A DNA stretch of 64,000 nucleotides from assembly GCA_046046325.1 (NCBI GenBank), contig JBJOJZ010000079.1:7274-71273 (forward strand), in the 5' to 3' direction. Position 1 is the first letter of the stretch; every line of letters begins with the position of its first letter. A program made the position numbers and the translations under genes. The stretch is from Bacteroidota bacterium (GTDB lineage: Bacteria > Bacteroidota > Bacteroidia > Flavobacteriales_D > Crocinitomicaceae). Below are positions 1 through 10,256 of this stretch, one piece after another. Below the pieces are notes generated by a model, which did no database searches, was not told the DNA's origin, and worked only from the letters and a program-made list of their open reading frames with translations.

Positions 1-861
1 AACAAGGAAGCAAAATATACCGTCAATTTCACCAACGAAAAAGACAAATTATCCTATGTTTTAGGTGCAATGAACGCCAAAACCATTTCTGACTCGAAAA
101 CGGAGTCTTTTGAGAAATTGGACAAAGAACAAATCATTAAAGGTTTCAATGCTAACTTAGCCGGAACCCCCGCCCAAGAGTGTTTAAGTACTTTGCAACG
201 ACTTTTTGGTCCCACATACCAAGACTTTAACCCAAGCTATTTGAAAGAAGGATCCATGTGCATGGGTAAATTGACAGGATACGCGTTCTTTTACGACATT
301 CGAAAACTGGGTGCCTTGGACAGGGTAAACTTAAACATGGTGAAAAAAGGATTCGCGGATGGATTGTACAAAAGAGATACCGCTGTTCTCAAATTGAACT
401 CAATGCGTTTTATCATGTCTGAATTTATCACTGGTTTAAATGTTGAGAACGGAAATAAAATGTTAGCCAAAGCTAAATCAATCCCAGGAGTTGAAATATT
501 TGAAAATGGAATAGTCATGGAAACCGTTCAAGCCGGAAAGGGCCCCAATCCAGGCCCCACGGATGATGTAAAAGTGCACTACATTCTTACTTCTTCGTTG
601 GGTGACACTATACAAAGTTCCTACCAGGGTGATGGCAAAGGGAACATTGAACCAGTACCATTGGCGCTAAACGGTGGAGTAATTCCTGGTTGGTCCTTTG
701 CAATACCCAAAATGAAGGTAGGTGGTAAATACCGAATTTTTATTCCTTGGAATTTAGCCTATGGGGAACAACAAGGAAAAGAATCCTTGTGTTTCATGGT
801 AGAACTGTTGGAGCGTGGTGCTGAAGGGAGCTTTACAAAATCATTAAAAACCAACCCATAA
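1..861 (+). CDS. FKBP-type peptidyl-prolyl cis-trans isomerase (Mip/FkpA-like); 5' end probably outside the window
   Basis: The frame is open from nt 1. The in-frame residues before the first ATG (nt 70) read ...NEKDKLSYVLGA, typical of the FKBP N-terminal helical domain. The C-terminal FKBP fold is present: VKVHYILTS-LGDTIQSS ... GGVIPGWSFAIPKMKVGGKYRIFIPWNLAYG. Confidence 0.85.
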   Translation, partial: NKEAKYTVNFTNEKDKLSYVLGAMNAKTISDSKTESFEKLDKEQIIKGFNANLAGTPAQECLSTLQRLFGPTYQDFNPSYLKEGSMCMGKLTGYAFFYDIRKLGALDRVNLNMVKKGFADGLYKRDTAVLKLNSMRFIMSEFITGLNVENGNKMLAKAKSIPGVEIFENGIVMETVQAGKGPNPGPTDDVKVHYILTSSLGDTIQSSYQGDGKGNIEPVPLALNGGVIPGWSFAIPKMKVGGKYRIFIPWNLAYGEQQGKESLCFMVELLERGAEGSFTKSLKTNP

Positions 862-1998
862 ATGCGTTCTTATTTTTTACTAATCTGTTGTCTTGCTTGG
901 TTGATATCATGTAATGAAAAAATCGACCTCATTGGTGATTATAAAGAAACGGCCGTTGTTTATGGGCTTTTAGATCAGAGCGATAGCCTGCATTACATCA
1001 AAATAACTCGAGCATTTATCGGTCCAGGAAATGCTGTGAACATTGCGAAAATTGCTGACTCAAGTTATTTTCAAAACGTTGATGCTCGAATCAAGGAATT
1101 CGTGGGGGGTGACTTGAAACGAACATGGATTCTCAAGGATACAATCGTTTCCAATAAAAACAGTAATGGGGCATTTTACTCTCCCGACCAAAAAGTGTAT
1201 TATTTTAAAACACTGACAACCGGTAACAACGGAGCCCAACAAGGCCCACCACTTGCATTGGGTTCTTCTTTAAACGTTAATGCCACCTACAAATTAGAAA
1301 TAAATATCGATAATGGGAAATTTATGGTAGAAGGAACAACCAACCTGGTGAATGGATTATCCTCACCTTCCAATACTCAAAATTTCACCTTCAAATTCGC
1401 AGGAAATCCTGGCGAATACCTTAGCGGGGGCGTTGCTGCCGTTAACACCTTTGGAAATGCTTTTGTCGTAAACACCCAACTAAATGTTTTGTACAACGAA
1501 TATATTGGAGTAAACGCTACTCGTAACTCTTACACATGGAACCTAGGGGAACGATCCATCCTGCCCGGAGAATCGACAACTTTTACAGCGAATGGTAAGA
1601 CGTTTTACGAAAACATGAAAAACGATGTCACGAACGACCCACTAATTGACCGTCGTACGCTGGAAGGTATCGAATTTGTTATTACGGGTGGGCATGAAGA
1701 GCTATACAATTACATGGTGGTCAATGCACCAAGTTCGTCATTATCGCAAAGTAAACCAACTTACACCAATCTTACGGTGAGCAACGGCAAACGCGTAGTG
1801 GGAATTTTCTCCTCTCGTCAAACCTTAAAATTTTACCGTCCTTTCTTCACCAATGCAGCTCAAGCCTTTGTAAGAGCCATAGATAAAAAATCCACGAAAG
1901 AATTGTGTCAAGGTCCAATTACAGGTCTCTTATACTTTTGCTCTAACCACCCTGGTGACAACGTGGTGAATCAAGAGGAGCCCTATGCTTGTCAGTAA
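862..1998 (+). CDS. hypothetical lipoprotein
   Basis: Hydrophobic signal plus lipobox (LLICCLAWLISC). The ATG abuts the upstream TAA (859-861), suggesting co-transcription. No catalytic motif recognised. Confidence 0.6.
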   Translation: MRSYFLLICCLAWLISCNEKIDLIGDYKETAVVYGLLDQSDSLHYIKITRAFIGPGNAVNIAKIADSSYFQNVDARIKEFVGGDLKRTWILKDTIVSNKNSNGAFYSPDQKVYYFKTLTTGNNGAQQGPPLALGSSLNVNATYKLEINIDNGKFMVEGTTNLVNGLSSPSNTQNFTFKFAGNPGEYLSGGVAAVNTFGNAFVVNTQLNVLYNEYIGVNATRNSYTWNLGERSILPGESTTFTANGKTFYENMKNDVTNDPLIDRRTLEGIEFVITGGHEELYNYMVVNAPSSSLSQSKPTYTNLTVSNGKRVVGIFSSRQTLKFYRPFFTNAAQAFVRAIDKKSTKELCQGPITGLLYFCSNHPGDNVVNQEEPYACQ

Positions 1999-2006
1999 AT
2001 ATTACG

Positions 2007-4487
2007 ATGGATGAACGAACAACCTGGTTTGTTGATTTAATATTACCGGTTCCAATTAGGAATCTTTTTACGTATAGAGTTCCGTTTGAATTAAATGACG
2101 CAATTTGCATTGGGCAACGCGTAATTGTCCCTTTCGGGGGAAAAAAACGAATAACCGGAGTAATTGCAAACCTTCACAATACAGCGCCGTCCAATTATAC
2201 CGCGAAATACGTTGATTATCTATTGGATGAACAACCGATTATTTCAGTGCAACAAATCCACTTTTGGCAATGGATTTCTGAATATTACTTAGCCCCTATT
2301 GGAGATGTAATGGCGGCGGCCCTCCCAGCAAACTTTAAACTTGCCAGTGAAACCGTCGTACTAATACACCCCGACTACGACGGTAATTTGAGCCAACTTA
2401 CCCCCAAGGAAGAACTGATATTAAACGCACTTGCGGAACGCGAGAAAATAGAACTAAACGAATTAGCCGAAATCACCGAAACCAATGCCATTGCACTCTT
2501 GGTGAAAAAAATGATCGATAAAGGACTGGTCATAACTCAAGAAGAAATTAATCAACGGTATACCCCAAAAACCAAGACTTTCTTTCGAATAAATCCCGAC
2601 CTCAGTGGAGAGTCAATTGCTAAAATCCTGGACGAGATGGCCTCCAACAATCGATTAAAAGGGTCATTGGATGCATTGCTTAGAATTCTTCAATGCTCAA
2701 AAGAATCGACCATTTCTGGTGGCTATGTAGCTAAAAAAAAGCTGTTGGAAAACAACATTTCAACAGCTGTGCTGAAAACCTTAGAGAAAAAAGGCATCAT
2801 TCTTCAAGAAAAACTTCAAATCGACCGGTTTGGTCTAGAGGGGAATGCGCTCGCTCCTTTTCCTCAATTAACCGAAGCACAACATAACGCTTTACTTTCG
2901 ATAGAAAAAAGCTGGGAAACGAAGAACATTACCCTATTGCATGGAATTACAGGTTCGGGAAAAACGGAAATCTACATGCACTTGATTCAGTCTTTCTTAG
3001 ATTTAGGAAAGCAAGTACTGTTCTTAATTCCCGAAATAGCCTTAACTACCCAGCTTATTTCACGTTTGCAAAAGTACTTTGGAGAATTGGTCGGTGTGTA
3101 TCATTCAAAATTCAATCAAAACGAGCGTGTCGAAATTTGGCAACAGGTACAAGCCAATCTTTCGGATAAATTTAGAGTGATTGTAGGGGCTAGATCTTCT
3201 ATTTTTTTGCCCTTCAAAAACCTAGGCTTAGTTATTGTAGATGAAGAACACGAAGCAACCTATAAGCAAAACGATCCCTCTCCACGCTACCATGGACGAG
3301 ATGCTGCTATATACTTGGCTAGATCCTTCGGTGCTAAAGTAATATTAGGATCCGCAACACCTTCGTTGGAAAGTTACCAAAATGCGAAAGATGACAAATA
3401 CGGATTGGTTCACTTGCAAGAAAGATTCCTCGGCATGAAACTGCCTTCGTTTTTAATGGCAAATCTTCGCAAAGAAAAAGAAGCAAAAACGATGGTTTCC
3501 CATTTTAGTTCGACATTGCTCGAGGAAATCACGACTACGTTAGCGAAAAAAGAACAAGTCATCTTATTTCAAAATAGACGAGGTTATACCCCTTATTGGA
3601 CCTGCGAGGTATGCAGTTGGATTCCAAAATGCCATCAATGCGACGTTTCACTTACTTACCATTTAGGTGTAAATATGTTAAAATGCCATTATTGTGGATT
3701 TTCATCGGCACCCATGGGGAGTTGCGGTGCCTGTGGCAGTAATAAAATCAAAATGCAAGGATTTGGCACAGAAAAAATCGAAGACGAATTGCAACCCTTG
3801 TTTCCAGTGGCGCACATCGAACGAATGGATTTTGATACTACAAGGTCAAAAAGTAAATATGCTGAAATCCTTCAATCCTTTGAAGACCGCAAAATTGATA
3901 TTTTAATTGGAACTCAAATGCTCGCCAAAGGTTTGGATTTCGACCATGTAGGACTTGTAGGTATTTTGGATGCCGAACAGCTGTTAAACGCTCCAAATTT
4001 TATGGCCTATGAACGAGGGTTCCAATTGATGACCCAAGTTTCAGGACGGGCGGGCCGAAAACATAATCAAGGAAAAGTGGTTATACAAACGCGAAATCCG
4101 GACCATTGGATACTGCAGCTTGTAGTTGAAAATGCAACGATTTCATTCATCGAACAAGAGCTCATGGAACGTTTGAATTACCAGTATCCCCCTTTCTATA
4201 AGTTGATCAATATCAACCTAAAACACGAGCAGGAACCGTTATTAGTTCGTGCTGCGAGTGATTTATCCAACGCTTTGAAAAAAACACTCCATGAACGGGT
4301 TATTGGACCAGAATTCCCTCTGATAAAACGACTTCAAGGAAAATTCCAGCAAGAAATTAAAGTCAAGTATGAAAAAACGTTGTCCGATAAAAAAATAAAG
4401 GAGCACCTAATGGAACTCCTTCATCAATTTTATGAAAATACGCGTTATAAAAAAATCAAAATTAGCATAGACGTTGATCCATATTAA
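2007..4487 (+). CDS. priA: primosomal protein N' (replication-restart helicase PriA)
   Basis: Walker [14 protein letters not shown] box (VIVDEEHE) and a Cys-rich zinc-binding insert ([31 protein letters not shown]). The ATG at 2007 ([11 protein letters not shown]) is preferred over the TTG at 1989 used by the track. Confidence 0.9.
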   Translation: MDERTTWFVDLILPVPIRNLFTYRVPFELNDAICIGQRVIVPFGGKKRITGVIANLHNTAPSNYTAKYVDYLLDEQPIISVQQIHFWQWISEYYLAPIGDVMAAALPANFKLASETVVLIHPDYDGNLSQLTPKEELILNALAEREKIELNELAEITETNAIALLVKKMIDKGLVITQEEINQRYTPKTKTFFRINPDLSGESIAKILDEMASNNRLKGSLDALLRILQCSKESTISGGYVAKKKLLENNISTAVLKTLEKKGIILQEKLQIDRFGLEGNALAPFPQLTEAQHNALLSIEKSWETKNITLLHGITGSGKTEIYMHLIQSFLDLGKQVLFLIPEIALTTQLISRLQKYFGELVGVYHSKFNQNERVEIWQQVQANLSDKFRVIVGARSSIFLPFKNLGLVIVDEEHEATYKQNDPSPRYHGRDAAIYLARSFGAKVILGSATPSLESYQNAKDDKYGLVHLQERFLGMKLPSFLMANLRKEKEAKTMVSHFSSTLLEEITTTLAKKEQVILFQNRRGYTPYWTCEVCSWIPKCHQCDVSLTYHLGVNMLKCHYCGFSSAPMGSCGACGSNKIKMQGFGTEKIEDELQPLFPVAHIERMDFDTTRSKSKYAEILQSFEDRKIDILIGTQMLAKGLDFDHVGLVGILDAEQLLNAPNFMAYERGFQLMTQVSGRAGRKHNQGKVVIQTRNPDHWILQLVVENATISFIEQELMERLNYQYPPFYKLININLKHEQEPLLVRAASDLSNALKKTLHERVIGPEFPLIKRLQGKFQQEIKVKYEKTLSDKKIKEHLMELLHQFYENTRYKKIKISIDVDPY

Positions 4488-5353
4488 CCAAGATAACTTT
4501 TCAATGCTTTATTCTTCGAAGTATGCTTTAATCGGCGAATTGCCTTTTCTTTGATCTGCCGAACTCGTTCACGGGTTAAGTCAAATTTATCCCCGATTTC
4601 CTCTAAAGACATAGCAGGCTTACCATCCAATCCATAGAACATACAGATGACTTCGCTTTCTCTAGGAGTAAGTGTTAATAATGAATGTTTTATGTCCGTT
4701 CGAAGCGATTCCATCGTTAGGTTTGTTTCCGGTGTTAGCATCCCTTCGCCGCTCATGACATCGTACATGTTCGAAGACGATTCATCACCTTCAACCAGAG
4801 GTGCATCCATGGAAACGTGACGTCCGTTTTGAGCTAAAGATTGCTTAACTTCGTCCATACTGCAGTTTAAGAATTCTGCTAATTCCTCTGCCGATGGTGG
4901 ACGTTCGAATTTCTGTTCTAATTCAGAAAATGCGCGGTTGATTTTATTGATATTACCAATTTTATTCAAGGGCAACCGCACGATTCTTGCTTGTTCTGCC
5001 AAGGCCTGTAAAATGGATTGGCGAATCCACCAAACAGCATAGGATATGAACTTAAAGCCTCGGGTTTCATCAAATCGTTCAGCAGCTTTAATCAACCCCA
5101 AATTTCCTTCGTTGATGAGGTCAGGAAGTGCTAGGCCTTGATTTTGGTATTGTTTCGAAACGGAAACGACAAAACGTAAATTTGCCTTGGTTAATCGTTC
5201 CAATGCGGCCCGATCACCTTCCCTGATTTTTCTCGCGAGTTCTACCTCTTCATCTGCGGTAATTAACTCCACTCTACCAATTTCTTGTAGGTACTTATCT
5301 AAGGATGCTGTCTCCCGATTTGTCACCTGCTTTGCAATTTTCAGCTGCCTCAT
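4484..5353 (-). CDS. rpoD: primary-type RNA polymerase sigma-70 factor
   Basis: Region 2 ([26 protein letters not shown]) and region 4 HTH ([27 protein letters not shown]). At 289 aa it matches the short primary sigma of Bacteroidota. Confidence 0.9.
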   Translation of the reverse strand: MRQLKIAKQVTNRETASLDKYLQEIGRVELITADEEVELARKIREGDRAALERLTKANLRFVVSVSKQYQNQGLALPDLINEGNLGLIKAAERFDETRGFKFISYAVWWIRQSILQALAEQARIVRLPLNKIGNINKINRAFSELEQKFERPPSAEELAEFLNCSMDEVKQSLAQNGRHVSMDAPLVEGDESSSNMYDVMSGEGMLTPETNLTMESLRTDIKHSLLTLTPRESEVICMFYGLDGKPAMSLEEIGDKFDLTRERVRQIKEKAIRRLKHTSKNKALKSYLG

Positions 5354-5449
5354 AGTTTAATTTTAGTGAATTGTGTCCACCCTTAACGCACAAACATCAA
5401 AAAGGTTAGCCTTTATTGGGTAAAAAATTGAAAAAAATGAAAAAAGCAC

Positions 5450-6424
5450 CTATTTATGGTACCCCAAACTGTGCCTTACCCTCGATAAAACTCCCTCCGC
5501 GACGTCTTTTGCTCTAGAGGCACCAAACAATAAAATTTGTTCTACTTCTGCCGTGTTGGTCATGTAATAACTGTAAGCGGCTCGTTCCTTTTGGAATTTG
5601 AATAAAATTAACTCAAATAAAGCCTGTTTAGCATGTCCGTAACCGTAACCTCCAGAAAGATAATTTTGTCGCATTTCCAAGACTTCTTTGGGCTCGGCAA
5701 GAAGCGAAAACAATTTAAAAATATTACACGTATCTGGATTTTTGGGGTCTTCAAGTGGTGTGCTATCGGAAGCAATCGCCATTATACGTTTCCGTAATGC
5801 CTTCTCCTCTTCAAAAATATCAATGGTATTATTACGCGACTTGCTCATTTTATGACCATCAGTACCGGGAATAAGCATAACTGTTTCGTCAATTTTCTCC
5901 TCGGGTAAAACAAATACCTCTCCCATTTTCGCATTAAATCTTGAGGCTACATCCCGTGTAAACTCGAGGTGTTGGAGCTGATCTTTCCCAACAGGAACAC
6001 ACGTTGCATCGTACAACAAAATATCCGCTGCCATAAGCATTGGATAAGTAAAAAGACCGCCATTAACATCCTCTAAACGATCCGCCTTATCTTTAAAACT
6101 ATGGGCTAAGGTCAACCGTTGAAACGGAAAAAAAGACAAAAGGTACCACATAAGTTCACCTACTTGTGGAACATCACTCTGACGATAAAAGACTGATTTT
6201 TCAGGGTCAAGGCCAAAGGCGAGCCAAGTAGCCGCGGTAGAATACGTATTATTTCGCAGTAATTCGGCATCCTTGATTTGGGTTAAGGCATGCAAATCCG
6301 CAATAAAATAAAAGGAATCGTTCGATGGTACTTTAGACAGTTCAATCGCCGGGATAATAGCACCTAAAATGTTTCCCAAATGAGGTGTTCCTGTGCTTTG
6401 AATGCCGGTTAATATTCGTGGCAT
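5450..6424 (-). CDS. trpS: tryptophan--tRNA ligase
   Basis: HIGH-type motif (GIQSTGTPHLGN) and KMSKS (GHKMSKS). Length 324 aa. Confidence 0.92.
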   Translation of the reverse strand: MPRILTGIQSTGTPHLGNILGAIIPAIELSKVPSNDSFYFIADLHALTQIKDAELLRNNTYSTAATWLAFGLDPEKSVFYRQSDVPQVGELMWYLLSFFPFQRLTLAHSFKDKADRLEDVNGGLFTYPMLMAADILLYDATCVPVGKDQLQHLEFTRDVASRFNAKMGEVFVLPEEKIDETVMLIPGTDGHKMSKSRNNTIDIFEEEKALRKRIMAIASDSTPLEDPKNPDTCNIFKLFSLLAEPKEVLEMRQNYLSGGYGYGHAKQALFELILFKFQKERAAYSYYMTNTAEVEQILLFGASRAKDVAEGVLSRVRHSLGYHK

Positions 6425-6438
6425 AATATAAGGTTGGA

Positions 6439-6446
6439 CAAAAATA
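6439..6446 (-). promoter_or_regulatory. candidate Bacteroidota -7 box (TAnnTTTG) for trpS
   Basis: TATTTTTG on the minus strand. 14 nt to the ATG. Confidence 0.45.
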
Positions 6447-6480
6447 ACAATCTTCGCACAACGAAGCCCCGGGAATTGCT

Positions 6481-6488
6481 TAAATTTG
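6481..6488 (+). promoter_or_regulatory. candidate -7 box for plsC
   Basis: TAAATTTG. Only 3 nt to the ATG at 6492. Confidence 0.4.
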
Positions 6489-6491
6489 AGA

Positions 6492-7229
6492 ATGCGTTAT
6501 TTCTTGGGCTCACTGTCGTTATTATGGAAAGTCTATATTGCCATTGTCTTCTTCTTTTGGGCGATCGTGCTTTTTCCATTATTCATTACCATCGTTTCGT
6601 TCAAGAAATCCAAAAAACATGCCTTCAAAATTTTCATTTTTTGGAGTTATGCCTTCCGCATTTGTTGTTTATACCCCGTGCGCAAAATCGTGCACGCACC
6701 GTTGCCTAAAGGACCCTATATTATTGTTGCAAACCATACATCTTATCTGGACATTTTCTTCATGTATTCTATTTTACCAAAATATCCGTTCATGTTCATG
6801 GGTAAAAGTGAAATTTTGAGCTATCCGATCGTAAGCACCTATTTTAAAAATATGAACGTACCCGTTGACCGATCCAATAAATCAAGATCAACTCGTGCCT
6901 TCATGGGCGCTTTAAAAGCCTACCGAGATGGTTATGCTTTGGCCATTTTCCCTGAAGCGACTTTTCCAACGGAGAATCTTCCTCAAATGTTGCCATTCAA
7001 AGCCGGAGCATTTAAATTAGCGAAACAACTCGAAGCCCCTATTCTTCCCTTAACCTTTACCAATAATTACCTATTGTTTTCAGAACCCACCATTTGGCTA
7101 GGGCCTGCACGCCCTGGATTAGCCGTTGTGCATATTCATCCCGTGATTTCTGCCGAAGAAGTTAACGCTTTAACGGAAGACGAACTCCTTGAAAAGTGCT
7201 ATGCTACCATCGCAAGCGCCTTAGAATAA
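6492..7229 (+). CDS. plsC: 1-acyl-sn-glycerol-3-phosphate acyltransferase family protein
   Basis: HX4D motif (VANHTSYLD), FPEATF block and an N-terminal TM segment. The ATG at 6492 is preferred over the TTG at 6486, which lies inside a -7 box. Confidence 0.8.
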   Translation: MRYFLGSLSLLWKVYIAIVFFFWAIVLFPLFITIVSFKKSKKHAFKIFIFWSYAFRICCLYPVRKIVHAPLPKGPYIIVANHTSYLDIFFMYSILPKYPFMFMGKSEILSYPIVSTYFKNMNVPVDRSNKSRSTRAFMGALKAYRDGYALAIFPEATFPTENLPQMLPFKAGAFKLAKQLEAPILPLTFTNNYLLFSEPTIWLGPARPGLAVVHIHPVISAEEVNALTEDELLEKCYATIASALE

Positions 7230-7256
7230 GTAATGGCTAAGTTGACAAAACTTTTG

Positions 7257-7264
7257 TACTTTTG
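7257..7264 (+). promoter_or_regulatory. candidate -7 box for gatC
   Basis: TACTTTTG. 4 nt to the ATG at 7269. Confidence 0.4.
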
Positions 7265-7268
7265 AACC

Positions 7269-7568
7269 ATGATTATTGACGACCAGCTCATCGACCACTT
7301 AAGCCACTTGTCCCGGTTAAAATTTGAAGGTGTGGAGCGTGAAAATCTTAAAAAAGATTTGGGTAAAATTGTAGAATTCATGGATCAATTGAATGCAGTT
7401 AATACCGACGATGTTGAACCATTAATTTTCATGAGCGAGGAAATCAATTTCCTAAGAAAGGATGAAGCTCTCACGGAAATCAGCAAAGAAGAGGCTTTAA
7501 AAAACGCCCCAAAAAAGGATAGCGACTATTTTCGCGTACGAAAAGTGAAAGGAAAGCACAACGCCTAA
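7269..7568 (+). CDS. gatC: Asp/Glu-tRNA amidotransferase subunit C
   Basis: Typical GatC N-terminus (IDDQLIDHLSHLSRLKF..E...LKKDL.KIVEFMDQL..V.T..VEP). Length 99 aa. Confidence 0.85.
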   Translation: MIIDDQLIDHLSHLSRLKFEGVERENLKKDLGKIVEFMDQLNAVNTDDVEPLIFMSEEINFLRKDEALTEISKEEALKNAPKKDSDYFRVRKVKGKHNA

Positions 7569-7569
7569 A

Positions 7570-7932
7570 TCAACATAGATAACTTGATTTTTCCACTAAA
7601 ATACAGCGGTTATTTTCTTGTTTCAAATAACCGAGGTCATAGCAAAAAACGTAAATATCGCCTTTTTTTGTTTCATAAATTCCGGTGTGGTAATTGACAT
7701 TAAAACCGTTTTCAATTAAGGTATTCAAAGGCTGAGACCTTTGATTCTTTTCCATCAAATCGGAAAGAATTCTACGATTTTTTCGTAAAATTCTATTTAT
7801 TTTTCGTACAACTGCATTACAGTCTTCGTTCAAACGGTTATTGTAAGCATTCCGGCAATAATCTGAGCAAAATTTTTGATCTTTTCTTCCGCGCAGCGTC
7901 TCTGAACACTCTAAGCACTTTCGATGGGTCAT
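7570..7932 (-). CDS. hypothetical protein with N-terminal zinc-ribbon-like CxxC...CxxxC
   Basis: CLEC-x16-CSDYC followed by a basic helix (RKINRILRKNRRIL) and an unknown C-terminal domain. Function not recognised. Confidence 0.6.
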   Translation of the reverse strand: MTHRKCLECSETLRGRKDQKFCSDYCRNAYNNRLNEDCNAVVRKINRILRKNRRILSDLMEKNQRSQPLNTLIENGFNVNYHTGIYETKKGDIYVFCYDLGYLKQENNRCILVEKSSYLC

Positions 7933-8049
7933 GGTAGGTAGGTTAGTAAAATAGCGTGAAACAGATAAGGTTAATTCTCATCGGTGTACAATACGTCTCA
8001 ACCTGGATAAAATTGCCCAGAAGTTAAAAACGATGGATTCTTTTGAAGT

Positions 8050-8967
8050 TTATGAAATAGAAAAACAATCACCATCCTTCACCGCAGTGGTATTCGAAAA
8101 CACACCTTTTGCCTCCTCTTCAAGCTCCAATATATTGGAGTATCTCGAAGAATAATGTCCAATAAGTAAGTGGTTTACACCTACGTTCAATGCCTGTAAA
8201 CCTGCGTCTTCCGCCGTGGAATGAAACGTTTCATTGGCCCTTTTTTTACGATCCTTAAGAAACGTAGCTTCATGGTATAAGGTCGTGGTCCCCTCCAAAT
8301 AGTTGGTCAACGCCTTAAAAGGCATAGTATCGGAACAATAGGCATAGGCACGTGCTTTGGGTTTGGGTAAAGCAAAATCTTCAAACCTCATCCAGGTTCC
8401 ATCCATCCGCTGAAAGTCGCATCCTTCTGCCAATAATTTTCGGTGCTCATTCGATACCGCATGAAGCTCTAATTTACGTTTATCTAAAGGAAAACGTTGG
8501 TGCTTTTCTTCAATTTGAAAACCAAATGTTTTGATCCTGTGACGCAATGGAAAAGCAAAAATGCTCAAACCTGCATCTTCAAAAATAAGGTGTTTTTCTT
8601 CCTTTTCAATCGCGTGAAAGGTAAATGGAAAATCCAATCGAGTTTGGCTAGCATTGAAGATAACTTGAAGAATATTATGTAATTCGGGCGGGCCAAAAAT
8701 TTCAATTCCTGATGTCCTTCCAAGCAAACTCATGGTTCCGAGAAGCCCTGGAAGACCGTAGAAATGATCTCCATGCAAATGAGAAATTAAAATCGTGTTG
8801 ATGCGCTGTATCGACAAGTTAAATTTTCGAAGTTGCAATTGAGTGCCTTCACCGCAATCGATCAGGATACTTCGATTATTACAAGTAACAAGCTGCCCCG
8901 AACATGAACGCTCCAAACTTGGAACGGCGGCAGAACTCCCTAAGATGTGAACGGAAAAATTATTCAA
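8050..8967 (-). CDS. rnz: ribonuclease Z (metallo-beta-lactamase tRNA 3' endonuclease)
   Basis: HxHxDH motif (ISHLHGDHFYGLPGLL). Length 305 aa. The start overlaps the upstream STAS stop by 8 nt. Confidence 0.88.
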   Translation of the reverse strand: MNNFSVHILGSSAAVPSLERSCSGQLVTCNNRSILIDCGEGTQLQLRKFNLSIQRINTILISHLHGDHFYGLPGLLGTMSLLGRTSGIEIFGPPELHNILQVIFNASQTRLDFPFTFHAIEKEEKHLIFEDAGLSIFAFPLRHRIKTFGFQIEEKHQRFPLDKRKLELHAVSNEHRKLLAEGCDFQRMDGTWMRFEDFALPKPKARAYAYCSDTMPFKALTNYLEGTTTLYHEATFLKDRKKRANETFHSTAEDAGLQALNVGVNHLLIGHYSSRYSNILELEEEAKGVFSNTTAVKDGDCFSIS

Positions 8968-9298
8968 AATCCTTTAACGCCTCGTCCATGGTTGAATATA
9001 TATTCAATACGGATGATAATTGCGCAATCTCAATCATTTTTAGCACCATAGGTTGTATGTTACTGATTGCAAAAGTACCATTGGTGTCCTTACACAAACG
9101 ATTACCCACTAAAATTGCACTTAACCCAGAAGAATCACAAAACTTTGTTTTTTCGAGATTTAATAGCATTTTATTTAGCCCTTTCTTTTGTTCGAATGTG
9201 AATATCCCTTTCAATTCTGGAGCCGACTGAGTATCCAATCGTTCCGCAAGTACATGGACAAATAATACATCGTTTCGGACTTCAATCTTGAAACTCAT
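8960..9298 (-). CDS. STAS-domain protein (anti-sigma-factor-antagonist-like)
   Basis: SpoIIAA-like core with the conserved phosphorylatable-serine context (FCDSSGLSAILVG). The ATG at 9298 (MSFKIEVRND) is preferred; the track start at 9349 would overlap the pyrB 3' end by 23 nt. Confidence 0.75.
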   Translation of the reverse strand: MSFKIEVRNDVLFVHVLAERLDTQSAPELKGIFTFEQKKGLNKMLLNLEKTKFCDSSGLSAILVGNRLCKDTNGTFAISNIQPMVLKMIEIAQLSSVLNIYSTMDEALKDFE

Positions 9299-9326
9299 GG
9301 CAGGAATTTTACCAAATATACCAAAT

Positions 9327-10256
9327 TTAGCGTTCAATACTCGAGGCAAGTAAATAAATTACCGCCATGCGAACGGCAACACCGTTTTCTACTTGATTCA
9401 AAATTATACTATTAGGACTATCGGCAACTTCGGATGTAATTTCAACTCCGCGGTTTATAGGTCCTGGATGCAATAGCACTATTTCTTTTCCCAATGAATC
9501 TAATATCGACTGACTTAATCCAAAATTCAAGGTATAGTCCCTTAAACTTGGGAAATACTCGGTTTCTTGACGCTCCAACTGAATGCGTAACATGTTGGCA
9601 ACGTCACACCAAAGCAAAGCCTCCCTAAGGTTATTTGAAACATGAACTTGCAAATGTTGAATATGTTTTGGCATTAAAGTGGAAGGACCACAAACCATTA
9701 CCTCAGCACCTAATTTTTGCAAACAGTAAATATTGGAAAGTGCTACTCTAGAATGCAATATATCGCCTATGATAGCCACCTTTTTACCTTTTAAATCTCC
9801 CAATGTTTCTCGTATTGAGTAAGCGTCTAAAAGGGCTTGTGTAGGATGTTCGTGTGTTCCGTCACCCGCATTGATAATTTTTGCAGAGGTATGTTGTGAT
9901 AAAAAGAGTGCTGCTCCAGGAGAAGCGTGCCTTAATACCACCATATCCACTTTCATTGCCAGAATGTTATTCACGGTATCAATCAAGGTTTCCCCTTTTT
10001 TAACAGAACTGTTGGAGGCCGTAAAATTCACAACATCCGCCGATAATCGTTTCGCTGCAAGCTCAAAAGAAAGACGAGTTCTCGTCGAATTTTCAAAGAA
10101 CACATTCGCTAGGGTAATGTCGCGTAACGAAGGAACTTTTTTAATAGGCCGATTGATGACCTCTTTGAAAGCATCAGCCGTCTTAAAAATGGTTTGAATA
10201 TCCGTCAAGTTTAAATCACGTATACCCAGTAAATGTGGGACGCTTAAATTATTCAT
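9327..10256 (-). CDS. pyrB: aspartate carbamoyltransferase catalytic subunit
   Basis: STRTR carbamoyl-phosphate motif (FFENSTRTRLSFE), HEHPTQALLD and HPGPINRG. Confidence 0.93.
   Translation of the reverse strand: MNNLSVPHLLGIRDLNLTDIQTIFKTADAFKEVINRPIKKVPSLRDITLANVFFENSTRTRLSFELAAKRLSADVVNFTASNSSVKKGETLIDTVNNILAMKVDMVVLRHASPGAALFLSQHTSAKIINAGDGTHEHPTQALLDAYSIRETLGDLKGKKVAIIGDILHSRVALSNIYCLQKLGAEVMVCGPSTLMPKHIQHLQVHVSNNLREALLWCDVANMLRIQLERQETEYFPSLRDYTLNFGLSQSILDSLGKEIVLLHPGPINRGVEITSEVADSPNSIILNQVENGVAVRMAVIYLLASSIER

Noticed and set aside
6434-6819. Two overlapping track ORFs (91 aa and 93 aa) in alternative frames at the 5' end of plsC.
   Set aside because: The plsC frame carries the HX4D acyltransferase motif and TM segment. 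The alternative frames have no features and would have to share the same promoter space.
7933-8049. Largest non-coding gaps (7933-8049, 5354-5449, 25307-25426, 49963-50092, 54229-54317), inspected for tRNA, SRP/6S-type small RNAs, riboswitches or repeats.
   Set aside because: I could not fold a cloverleaf, a conserved small-RNA motif or an extended structure by eye. All gaps are 130 nt or shorter, A/T-rich and consistent with promoter regions. A covariance-model scan (Infernal/Rfam, tRNAscan-SE) would be needed to be certain.
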